Below the pieces are notes generated by a model, which saw nothing but the letters and a program-made list of their open reading frames with translations, ran no database searches and was not told the DNA's origin. Below are positions 50,684 to 62,500 of a stretch of DNA of 64,000 nt, piece by piece. Source of the stretch: Bilabrum cf. latius (lineage: Eukaryota); NCBI GenBank assembly GCA_965178125.1, contig OZ237762.1:248001-312000 (forward strand), written 5' to 3'. The position numbers and the translations under genes were made by a program. Each line of letters starts with the position of its first letter. Position 1 is the first letter of the stretch.

Positions 50684-53600
50684 ATGAAGCACGCTACGCG
50701 CAGGGCTCAGACTTTGTGTATACTTTATAGGATTTTAAATCGCTAGAATCGATACCCTGGGCTATCTCTAACTAGATATCGTGATTTTTCTGCAGGTGCA
50801 CAAGACCAGGCTTGGGAATCAAGTGTTTCTGAGAGACGGACCGGAGGATCGATCCAGGACAGGAAGGCGGCCGGGTCACTGGATCGTCTAAGACGGCGCA
50901 ATGCGGTTCCAGTTGCAGAGGTTGCTCCTGATACGTTTGTGGGCACACGTAGTCGTTCCTAGCTGCAGGCAAAGAAGCGGGGCCCTCCTGTGATGCGAAA
51001 AGGCAAGCCCGTGGAGCCTCCCCCGCCGCAGGCGTACGTATAGGACTTGCTACGCGACTGCAAGCAACCATTAGACGTATTAGACGTGTTTGATCAAGAG
51101 CAAGGAGCGTTTGACCTCGTGAATTGCGCAGCTGCCTTGAGACGATTCCGCCAGCTGCAGGTCTCCAAAGCGCCCCACAAGCGAGCTTCTATAGACAAAC
51201 GTAGGCTTGCAGTACTTGCAGCCCACTCGATGACGGAGCTGGAGCAGCAGAAGCTGGCGCCCCCTCCTCGTACGATCGCCGCCCTCGCCCACAGCCTGAC
51301 TGCTCTCGGGTTCACCGACACCAAGTTTTCGCTCCGAGTCGCGAGCATGGCAGCGGGCCAGCTTCATCGCTTCAGCAGCATCGATCTGGCCCAGCTCCTG
51401 GGGGCCCTAAGCCGAGGGGGGCGAGTGGAAAGGCAGCGCGGGACGGGTGTGGTCGCTCGGTCCCCGCTCTACCACGGGGGCCTGCTGCAGGAAGCCAGCC
51501 CGAGGATCGCGCGGCTGGCCAACCGCATGAACGACCAAACATTGGCGCAGCTATGGCTCTCGCTCGCGACGGTGGGTCACCATGATGACGTGGCGGTGCC
51601 TGCGCTGGAGCGGGAGCTGCTGCGGAAACGGGCCGACCTCACTCACCAGGGGCTCTGCAATGCAGTGCATGGAGCCGCGAAGCTCGGCCGCAACCGCTCC
51701 CCGCTGTTCTCCGAGCTGGCCCCCGCCCTCACGAAGGCAGCCCCAAAACTCGCGCCCGTGGGACTGGCCCAGGTGCTATGGGCCTACACGAGCACGGGCA
51801 ACTTTGACCTACCCCTCATTGGGGCACTGGCCAAAGCGGCGAGGCACCCACAGAGGGCACGGGCCATGTCCCCGTAGCAGCTGGCCAACGTATCCACGTC
51901 GCTGGCTAGGACGGTCCTCTTTGCCGAGTCGGTACCCTACTATGCGGCCTAGTCTGCGGCTGTGCGGCTGGCCGGTCTCGAGGAGGAGGAGGCGGATGGT
52001 GGGAGGCATTCCGCGGAGGCAACCGGGGCACATGACCACGACGCAGGTATTCAATCGGTTGCATCCTAGTCGTCACACGGCTCGGCGCCCGTCATTGCGG
52101 AGGACAGGAGCAAGGTGACGAGTGGAAGAGATCTCGCGCTTGAGCTCGAGGTGGGGGGCGCCCCGCGCAGGGAACAGCTGCTCCGGGCGAAGGACCTGGC
52201 TGGCATGAGCCGGAGTCAGCTCAAAATGGAGAGCGGCAAGCGGAGGCAGGCACTGATCAAGTCCATTCGGCTGGAAGATGCGATGAAGCAGTTTGCGGGG
52301 CGCGCCAAGGCGCTCTTGGGGGCATGGGGTGAGTACGAATCCAGGCTGCATGCCGCCAAGAGCAGCGTGCGGCAGGAGGCAGAGCTCGCCCAGCATCCAG
52401 GGAACAAGGCGGGACCCGGTAGACCGACGGGCCATGCCCCGGACACGGTTGGTGGAGCGCTGGCGGACGACGACGATTCAATGGCTCCGAGTCAGCCAGG
52501 GAACAAGCACGGCAGCGAGGACGAAGAAAGAGAGCGCACGATGGACGCGTGGGGTGTGGTAGACACCGACGGTGAAGGTGACGATGGAGCGGCGGCTGGA
52601 GTGGCCCGCGCCATCTCGGAGTCCGTGCGCCCCGCATCGACAGGAACTGCCGCTTTGACCATGGAGGTTGAGCGCGCGAGGGAGGCTGTCGAAGCGAAAG
52701 GGGGCGTGTTCCACGGGGTCACAGGAGACATGAAGGACACTGGACGGGGCAGGGGGTAGTACCAGCAGCGCGCTCCCCAGGAAATGTTGCCGATCGACGT
52801 GACGGCTCTCGCGTCGACATTCCGGAAGCTCGGCGTGAAGGACGACGAGTTTAGCGGCATGGTGGCGGAGCACATGGCCAGGCACAGCATGAAGTACAGG
52901 GCGACCGACCTGATCAAGACGGCCGAATCGCTAGGGTGGCTCACGCCCCCGAGGCACGCAGCCGTTGCCGCCGCGGCTTTGGCCAGTCCCAAGGTCGCGT
53001 CTCGGCTGCAGAAGCAGACCGATGCGAGGCAGCTGGCTGCGGCAGTGACTGTGGCATCTGGCTGTCTGCGGCCCGCCCTCCTCCCCGCGCTCTACGCCCG
53101 CGACTGTTCCTCCAGGACCGGGAAGGGCGCGCCCCTCGGCTTCGTGCACGCGCTCAACGATCCAGTGGCCATGGCGGCGGCACCCAAACTCAGGCGGTTC
53201 CTCCGCGCGGCTGGAGACACGCTCGCAAAGCGAAGCACGGAGCTCTTGCCTGGGAGCCTAGCAATGGCTGCGGCGGAGCTAGCACTCGCGGGAATCGATC
53301 CCGGGGCCCTCCTGCTACGGCTGGCGAGGGAGTGCTCGCACAAGGACTTGAGGTCCTGGGCTGTCGCGCAGCGCTCCGCCCTCCTCGCGATTGGTCTGCA
53401 CTGCATTGCAGTGCATGAATCGGGTAGTTCCAATTCCGCGGACGCGGAGGAGGTTGCCCACGCCGCCCGCAAGATAGCAGGGTATGCCCTGCACCAGATG
53501 AAAACTGGGTCCATGAGTCCCGTGGATGCAGCTCTGTGCGCGCTTGGAGCAGCGCTGGCCACGAATCCGAATGGCGGGGCTACAGGGGGCTGGATCCAGC

Positions 53601-54892
53601 CCGAGACCGCGCTGAGGCTGGTGGAGGCTGCTGAGGAGAGGCTCCTGCGGGAGACCGCGGTGGAGGGCGGGATCCAGAGGGGGGACGGCGCGGACAGCAG
53701 CAGCATTGTGAAGGCGGTGCGCAAATCGGGGGCGCTGCCCGCACTGGGTCTGGCGAGGGCGATGGCGGTGGCGGTGGAGGCAGCCGGTGCGGATCGAAGC
53801 CCAGAGGCGCTGGGCGACGATGCCAGTGGGGGGGCACGCCGCAGCGAGCCAGATAGCCGCGTCCTTGCGAGCATCCGTGAAGCAGCTGCTCGGGCGGCCG
53901 AGGCATCACTCACGGGCTGGGGCGCGCTGTCCATGGCACCCAAGCCGAGCCCCAGCGTGACACGCGCCCCCAGCACACCCGCCATCGAGTTCCTAACCGC
54001 GGCCCTCGCCAAGACGATGCCGGGGTCCAACTGGGACCAGGGTGTGCTCAGGGCCCTGCAGGAGGCCTCCGAGGGGGACTCGGAGCTGGCCGACCTGCTC
54101 CGCGGCACAGAGGTTGCAACCGGTGGGGGCGAGCCCGCCGCTGGAGGCGCAGCGGACAATCGCGTGACCGTGGCTAGTGTGACGAGGGCGCTCCGCCAGC
54201 TGCGGGAGCGCGCGAGCCACGGAGGGTAGCACCGGTGCGGCATTCAGGCGGGCGTGGCGGAGGCGCTGGGCATGCTCAACGGATAGGAGGCGGGGCGCGG
54301 CACTGCGGTTGCTCTTGCTCTTGAGGTGTGGCCGCCGGCGAGGCTACCCAGCTCCGGTGGGGACGTGGGTGAGCCCCCCGAGTGGGTGCCGGGGGGGGCA
54401 TCCCCCGCCGAAGAGGTTGCAACCGGGAGTTCCAGCCAGAGCGGCGGTGGTCGCAGGGCGGGCGAATCGGCTGGGAGCACCGGAGGTCTGCGGCTCTGGG
54501 CACTGGCGGATGCCTGGGTGAGGGTGAGGGCGGGTGCCGGGTAGGAGAAATCGATGGCGGTGCCTGTTGTGGTTGCAACCGGGACCGCACCGTCGGGCGG
54601 TGGAGAGACTGGGCGGCTGTCCCCTCTGGACGCCTGGAGGGTGAGGATCCTTAAGAGGGGGGTGTCCGGTGGGATGGGGGGCGGCGTGGCGGTGGTGCGC
54701 GAGGGCGAGTGGAGGGATGCGGCGAAGGGGGGCTGGACCAAGGAGCAGCAGGACATTCTCCGCTCCGCCCCATCGGCAGGGACGCTGCGCAGGGTCCTGC
54801 GGGCAGCCAGAGGGGAGCATGCAGCATCGCCGGGGGAGCAGCAGTGCTCGCTTGTGAGGCACGCCCTGCACTCGGCAGGAATCCAGTTGTGA
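50684..54892 (+). CDS. Organellar helical-repeat RNA-binding protein (FASTK/HPR/OPR-like) with C-terminal RAP-like domain
   Basis: One frame from ATG 50684 to TGA 54890 with 10 TAG. Repeats FSSIDLAQLL.AL, MNDQTLAQL..SLA, LTHQGLCNA..G.A, LAPVGLAQV.WAY and MSP*QLANV. C-terminal WRVRILKRG...VAVVREGEW. Confidence 0.75.
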
Positions 54893-55034
54893 GCATCATA
54901 GCGTCCATGGTGCTGAAACGATACCAAATAATACAGTTGTGTGATGCACTTTGACGATTCGACTGGAGTAATATTGCGTCTGGCAGCGTATCGCTGTGAG
55001 ACAATCAGCTCCATTTCATACTCGCAGGGCGCAT

Positions 55035-55423
55035 TCACTGCTTGCCGGCCTTCTTGCGGGCAGCTGGGCTGTTCTTCTGCCAGTAAGCGGACACCACCTT
55101 GTCACCCTTGGCGGCCTCGGCCAGCTTCTCGAGGGTCTTCTGGTCGCCCTTGAGGTATGCGGCGGAGTAGCAGTACCTGATCTGGTCCTGCTGCTGATCC
55201 CACCCACCTGTGAAATGGGGTACCAACAAATTTGCATGATATCGCGAGTATTTTCCAGAAACTGGTTGGAAGTGATACGCAAGAGCAGCCAAACCAGCAC
55301 ACCGCAATCGGCAATCTGCAGTCTTGCAGCGAAATACCAAACTGAGCCCGCCACGCATCGAAAAACAAAGTAAATTCAAACAGTTGCCTCACCGGTCTGC
55401 TTGGTGAAACGTCCGCGCGCCAT
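55035..55423 (-). CDS. Small basic uncharacterised protein (67 aa)
   Basis: ATG 55423 and intron 55392-55208 (GTGAGG..CACAG) give MARGRFTKQTGGWDQQQDQIRYCYSAAYLKGD...KKAGKQ. Strong GC3 bias; ends in TGA. Confidence 0.7.
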
Positions 55424-55611
55424 CTTCCTAAATTTATTTCTTGCAGATTTCGTGGCTAGCGATCCGATCAAAAACCATTTCGCACGTCACAATAACAAAG
55501 TGCAACTTTAATTAAAACAGGACTTAAAGTGATTCAGAAACAAAGACTGAGACGCATATTATTATGCTGTACATATAAGTAGTTACTGCCAGCGGTAGTA
55601 TGGCATGCAAG

Positions 55612-56688
55612 TTAGAGTCTGCCAAAGTTGAGCTGCATGCCCTGAATAGCTACGCCTGCATTCGGATTCTTGGGTGCAGGGCGTTTAGCCGCCGGATGTG
55701 TCCCCTGGGAGCTTGCCGCAGAAGCTTCCATTTCAGCTGGACTGTCTCCGTATGCGAAAGCGGTGCCGTGATGCGGTCGACGTGGGCCACTCCCTCGTCG
55801 CGGTGTGGCGGACGTCTTGCTGAGCTCCGCCGGTGCACGCGCCCAATCCTTGGCCAGCTCGGTATGCTTAGTCGATGAAGATGTAGATGATCGCATGCTC
55901 GCTGGGCCCTATCGTGTATCACCTCGATCTCGGTTGATTGCGAGCCGCCTGGTGGCCACATCCAGCTCGTGCTGCAGGGCCGCGACAGCGGCACGGTGAG
56001 CATCTCGCTCCGCAGATGTGCGCTTTAGAGCCCGTTCCTCCTGCTTCAGCACCTCCTCTGCGTGCTCCTCGGCTGCCTTCTCCATAGCGAGCTGCTGCCT
56101 GGTCCTCCGGATGTCTCCTTGCAGCTTAGAGAGAGCGGCGGCCTCCTGCCTCTACGTAGCCTCGAACCGGCCAATCTGTTGCCGAGCGTCAGCAAGAGAG
56201 TGGGATACCTCGGCATGACGCCGAGACACCGCAGCGCAGTGCTCGTTCACTTGGACGATGCCTTTGTCGATCAAGGCGATGCGGCTGTCGCTGACAGTTA
56301 GTCGCTACGAGTGCGCGCGCTTGCGATTCTCCGCCTCAGCAGCCCACGTCTTTGTATCCTGTTCGACCATTGGGGGCCTCAGCTCGGCCTCCGGGAGCCT
56401 TGTGATCGGGCCTGGCTTGTGAGCGAATATGACATACCGGCGAGCTAGTGCGACCTGCACGGCGTCCGCAAGTTCCAGCGACGTGCTTTCTAGCGTCGCA
56501 ACCTTACTCATCACATCACTTAGAATGCGAGCTTGCTTTGACCGCTTCTGGATTGCAACAGCGCGCTCCGTCCGGGCTCGGGCAGCTGCGTCACGTTCTG
56601 TCTCAATTTCCTCCTCTGCCCGTGCCAGCTTTGCCTCTACCTCCTCAATCTCCCGCCCTAAAATTCCAACAATACCATGAGAGCTCAT
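55612..56688 (-). CDS. Coiled-coil protein of unknown function (358 aa)
   Basis: ATG 56688, E/R/A-rich heptads, TAG at 56305, 56152 and 55909, TAA at 55612. Confidence 0.65.
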
Positions 56689-56842
56689 TGCTTACGTACA
56701 ACCGTGAGAGCTGGAGCAGCTATGACGCATTGATGTGTGAGCAAAGCTGTTGCCGGCGTCGTGCGACCACCAGCAGCAGTTGCAGTTGGTCGATGGAGCG
56801 AGCACGGCACAAATAACACGAAGATCTGAAATAACTAGCCAT

Positions 56843-58191
56843 ATGCAATCATCCTCAGCAATAGAACAGTATTGCCAAGTTCCCATGAGAGTTCAACCGG
56901 CGCATTCTGTACCGATAGCAATCGATGCAGCAGCAATACAAGTTCAAGAAATTGCTCCGTCATCAGTCGAGCACGAACTAGTGCAGCTGGGACAGAAGCG
57001 ATAGCGCTCAGAGAGTCCTGACAACGTTGTTGATAGTCAACAGCTGGATTCCGTGCAGAATAGTGGGGAAAGTCTTTCAACAGACGTCCAGAGCGCCGCA
57101 TTCGGTCCTGCAGCATCGCAAGAGGAGTAGCGCTCGCCAAAGCGGCCTCGGATTCTAGAAGAAAGTGAAGTCGAGAAAATCAACACGCTAGGGAATACAA
57201 AAATTCAAGGTAGCCAAGGAGGCAATACGAGCCCATCGAGACGCAGTGCTCGCGCACCTCTCTCTGTCGCTGCTGCAGCACTATCAGCATGCGTGCTGCC
57301 ACAGCCTACCGAGCCACTTCCGAGCAAAGTTGAGATAGAGCTGCAGCAGGAAATGGTATCATCCTACGGCGTGCCCCCAAAGGAACTTAATGTTTCAAAG
57401 AAGCTAGAGTACCAGGCTCTCCCAGCAGCATCAGTCCAGGGAGTTCAGAAGCGTCCGGCAGGCGCCCTAGTGGCCGAGTGCCAGGTCCAATCCGCGGGCG
57501 TGGCACCTCAGATGAGTGCCACAGCAAAGATGCGCAGCGGGCCCATTCTAGGCCTGTACACCCTAGATGCTCGCGGGGGGTGGGACGACCTGAGGCTCCT
57601 GGCGGCCGGGTGCAAGCAGGCCGGCCGGGCTGCCAGAGTCACGGTCCGGGCGGTGTCCAGGGCATGCATGGAGACTATACACGGGATCGCAGACGGAATG
57701 CACGCACTGCCCGACTCCTTGATCGGCGCGTATCCGTCCTCTGTAGCGAGTCTGGAGCCTGTCTTGGCCGTCGCTTCCGACGAGGCATCCGCGGTGGATC
57801 CGGTCCAGCTCGCAGTGAGGGTGGCGGCGGCGAGAGCAGCAACGGCTGCCCAAGAAGCTATCCTCGGAAAGGACCCGTCGCTCGCCGTCGAGAGCTCGGG
57901 CAACTACCAAAGAGCCCTGCAGCAGCAAGCAGCATCCAAGGCAGGGCTTGCCCCAGGCGTGCGACAGAGAGACCTCCGCACCACCCCGCCCGTCGCTCTG
58001 GTCGTTGGGGCAGAGAGGATCCGTGCTTGCCTTCTGTCCATCCTGCTATCGGGAGACGGGTCCCCCCACTCGATCGAGCTGGTGGCTCGCAGCAGCATGT
58101 TCCTCACAATGGCAAACAGAGCACAGGCGCAGCTCGCGGCCCAAGCAGCAGCCCGTGCCACCGCTTCACCGAGCCACGGACAGGGACAGGA

Positions 58192-58230
<39 letters not shown>

Positions 58231-59404
58231 CGACGGCGAGCTGTCGCCAATCAAGGGTCGCCAACTGTGGCCCAGCTCGCCATCAAGGCGCATGGAAGCA
58301 CCGATGACCATGGGCGACACTGGATTCATGCATCGCCCAGGTCACGGCAGCGACCAGTCCACTCCAATTGAGCATGCACCCGCGCACCAGGCAGGACCAT
58401 CCTCGTCATCATCGGCTTCGTCTTCATCCTCGTCCGCGTCGTCTTCTAGCGCCTCATCGATGGGACCCTACACTCCCGCTGGCCCATTCATTCATGAAGA
58501 GCCGCCCCAGGACACGCGCGAGGCACCTCCGCTGCGCATCCATGACATGCTGCGCGGGGGCGCTCAAGGTCTCGAGAGGGGCATGGCCAGGGGCACTCTG
58601 GGAGGGCATTCTGGCTTCATGTACGACGCAAGGTTCGGGCATGGGGGAGTGGGTGGACAGCTCCAGCAGCGTCTAGTCCTGTCGCACCAGCCGCAGATGC
58701 ACCGCCACAGCAGGCTCATTCCCAGGGTCAGCGGCAGCACCAACAACTCGGGCAGCAGCATCTCCTCACGCACCCACTCCGCGGAAGGCAGGCGTAGAGC
58801 ACGCAGCGGGCCAACGCCCGGCCCAAGCGGAGCCGCAGTGCCTCGGCACCCCGGGCTGCGTTCTGCAGGGGCTGCCGGCATCACGGGCTTTGCCGCCGCC
58901 CTACATGCCCTGACGCGATTCAGCTGGCCAGTGGAGGGACGGCATGGCGACGTCGACGCTGCCTGTCTGCTGTAGCAGTACTGTGACGAGTGTGCCAAGC
59001 AGGGAGTAGAGCAGAGCGGTGCGTCTAGGACTGGCCCGCACGGCACTGGGTCGGGCTCTGCCCTAATGCAACCTGACGAAGACGAGGACGAAGACCAAGA
59101 CGAGGAGGAGGACGAGGACCAGACTCAGCGTAAGGGCGATTCATACGAAGCATTCGCTCCTGCATCGCGCCCCCCAAGCGGCCTTGCAGTGGTGGCGCTC
59201 GCCGGCTTGCTCGTGCTGTACACCCGCGGGATCGAGGACTTCCACATCGCGGCACACGGTCCGGACGCAGGCAGTGCCCCGCCGACCAGAGGGCAGCACG
59301 GCGTGCTGGGGCTCCTCCAGCAGCTTGCAGGGGCTCCCTGGGCCAGGTTTGCACTGGGTGCTTGCACCCGTCCTCAGTAGGCCTCGATGGAGACCCAGGC
59401 GTGA
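56843..59404 (+). CDS. Uncharacterised ~850-aa protein with low-complexity inserts
   Basis: One frame from ATG 56843 through TAG 57002, 57128, 58973 and 59378 to TGA 59402. Start codon uncertain. Confidence 0.6.
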
Positions 59405-59574
59405 CCCAATAGGGTGAAGGGCCTGTCTGCCTTCATCAGGCAGGCGCCGATCTGGCCCGATAGAGAGTGCATACTGCCGGATCAAGCAGCTTCTTCTTGT
59501 CAAGCCATAGCACGGTTGGCAGCCAGAGAATTCTTTTGTGCGATTCCCCACTGCCAATGCGCCACAGCAATCCA

Positions 59575-62500
59575 TCAGCTCTGGTCCAGCCACCCGTTCG
59601 CATTCACCCGCACCTCTACTGCTCCCAGCGAGCCCCCGCTCGACAGAGAGTACACCTGCCCCCCATCCCCGGCCCCGGCACCCACCGTGCCAATGCTCGT
59701 CCCCTGCACGCCCGCCTATCCATACGCCTCTGAAAGCAGCCGCTCCGCCAGCTTCCTCCCCCTCGCTCTGATGTCCCGCACGAGCAGCCGGCACAGGCGG
59801 CCCTCCTCGATGCAGTCCTCCATGTGACGAGTGCCTAGCCCCTCCTCCTCCACACGGTGAAGGAACCCGCGGACCACGCTCCACTTCTTCCTGCCCGCCT
59901 TGGCCCCTTGTTCCCCGGGGCCGCCCGACTGCACGATCCCAGGCCCGATCTTGCCGCCCACCACCTCGCCGGTCTCCGACTCGGCCGCCATCGCAACGGA
60001 GGCCAGCTCCTCTGCACAACGCACCAGCCCCTCCACAGCGTTTGCCACACCATCCCGCGCCAGCCCGCTGCGAAGCACCAGCCGAGACACATACTCTGCA
60101 TGCGCATCCTAGAGCTCAGCGAATCCCGTGCTCCCGCTGGCCCCACCTGCACCTGCTCCTGCTCCTGCTCCTGCACCTGCCCCGGCTCCAGACCCACCGC
60201 CCACGCCTGCCTCTGCGATCCTACCCATGAGCCGATCGGTCTCGGCCTGCACCACATCCACCTGCAGGAAATCCTCAACGGCGCCCAGCCCGTGCTGCAG
60301 CTGCCAGCTCGCGAGACCCACCTCGTGCCTCCAGGCAGCCACGGCACGCCTGGCCCTGGCCACGGCGTGGTGCCGGTGGTGCCGCACCAGTGCCTCCCCC
60401 TCGTCGCTGTCTTCATCTTCGTTTTCATCATCTTCGACCCCGTCTGCACCGCCCGCGCCCTCTGCCCTGCCGCCCCTCCCGCTGGCATTGGACCCGGCAG
60501 CCGCCATGGCCCTCGCTGCTTCCCGCTCCTTCACCACGTCCAGCACCGTGAATGGTGCCGGGCACTTCAGCGCACCCGGCCCCGCGCCCGCGCCTGCTGT
60601 TCCCCCCTTGTTCCGGTTTCTGGGGGACCCCTGCATGTATGACTTGATCGAGGAGACGGACCCGCCCGCCGCTGTGCCCTTGCCCAGGCCCTTGTCCGAA
60701 CCCTTGCCTCCACCCCTCGTGCCGTCTCCATCCCCGGCCCTGGGCGAGCTGTGAGGCGTCCTCGAGTCTCTGCTGAGACCCCCTGCCCTGAACCCGATCC
60801 GATGCTGCTGGCCCCTTCTCCAGACCTCGTGCAGGAGCTTGCGCCCCGCACGGATGCGCAGGAGCACCCTACCCAGCTCCGAGAGAACCACCTGGTGGGC
60901 CCGGGGAACAAGGAGAGGCAGCGGCCACTGCACCTGGTAAGACGGCGCCGCGCAGCTCCAGGTTCCGCTGGGCACCACCATGCCGGCCGCAGCCCGCAGT
61001 GTGCCGCTGGATCGAGCCTGCCTCGCGCTTGCCGCGACTGTGCTTGGCATGGGCGCATCGAGCCCTGCTTGCCGCGCTTCCTCGCGCGCCAGCAGCTCCG
61101 CGGCCCTGTCCTGCAGCGCAGTGAGGGAATCCCAGGCCTTACCTCTCGAGGCGGGTGCTTCCTCCAGGGAACAGAAGGTCCAGGAGGACAGCAGCGCCCG
61201 GCTGGCGCGGGCCATGCCGCGCCCCTGCCGCACCGCAGCCCCCAGCCCCGCCACGCCCAGGAAGCACCTCCCGGGGCACAGAGGCAACCGGTTCCTCGCG
61301 CCCTCGCTCAGGCCCGGCCGGCTGACCAGTCTGCAGGCACTCGCGATGGAGGCGCCCTCTCTGGATAGGGCGAGGCCAGACCCATGGCACGAGGCGCTGA
61401 GCCATTCGCCACCATCGTCACCCGATGACGAGCCCGTGGATGACGAGGAAGACGTCCCTGCTACCGATCCCGACCGAGCCACTGCACTGACGTTCGAAGC
61501 CACGTGCACCCCAACTCGCTTGCTGCCAGGGTGGGACTCCACCCGAACAACGAACCGGATAGAGTCAGCAGCAGCAGCAGTCGCGGGAGACGATGAGGCC
61601 TCCCGACCGGCACCCGCCGCAGTTACGTCGCCTCTGTCGGTCCCACTACCCGATGCCTCGCCAGCATGCCGCGGTACAAGCGACTGCGCCGATTCACCTC
61701 TCGAGAGACGCAGCTCCACACTGTCGTGCCTGGCTCCATCCGTGGAGGTTCGCTGCACCACTGAGGCTTGGGCGTGAAGGGAAGCCCGCCCCGTCTAGGA
61801 CTGTCCCTCTCCCCTGCTGCCTTCCGCACTCGTCACACTTTCACTCGTCACACTCAATCTGGCGCGCAACCTCACGGCACCCATCGCATCCAGCCCCGCC
61901 CAGCACTCCCCGCCTGACTCCCCCGCGCCGCCCTCATCTTCCTCGCCGTCCTCATCATCATCGACGCCCAAATACCCAACCGCGTCATCATCATCATCTC
62001 CACCTTTCTCACCCCCCCGTCGCTCCCTGCCGGGGAACAGACCCAGCCCGGCCCCCCTGGACCTGCTCACCCGCGCCACGCGACTGCACACGCCTGCAGC
62101 CGCCAGCTCGCAGTCGGCCTGGGGCAGGTCACCCTCGCCCACCTCTTCGGCGGCCGGCCGCAGCAGCAAGCACGCGTCCAACTCCGCCTCCAGCTGCCCC
62201 TCCGCACCCCGCGCACCGGATCGCAATGGCACATCCACAACCAGTTCAACAGCAAAGGCACCGCGCACATCGCAGGCCAGCCCGTGCCAAAGGGCACCAG
62301 GACCCTTCCGAGGGCACCAGAGAACAGGCCTGCGCTCTGCCAGCCGCTCCAGGTCGTCTGTACCCGCAACACCACCGACCTTGCTGCCCTTTGCGAGGCC
62401 GTCTCCGTCTTGATCTGCCCCTTTGGAGGCAGCACCCGTGCCGAGGCCGTCCTCCTCCTCAACGGTCTCCGCGCTGGCGATGCTCTCGCGCTGCAGTGCG

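Noticed and set aside
56835-57140. Minus-strand 101-aa ORF as the first exon of the coiled-coil gene
   Set aside because: It lies antisense to the long plus-strand frame, and an in-frame TAA at 56692 precedes ATG 56688 with no clear splice path.
59414-59827. Plus-strand ORF extending the 56843 gene over the GCP 3' end
   Set aside because: An in-frame TGA at 59402-59404 ends the upstream gene, and this ORF is largely antisense to GCP.
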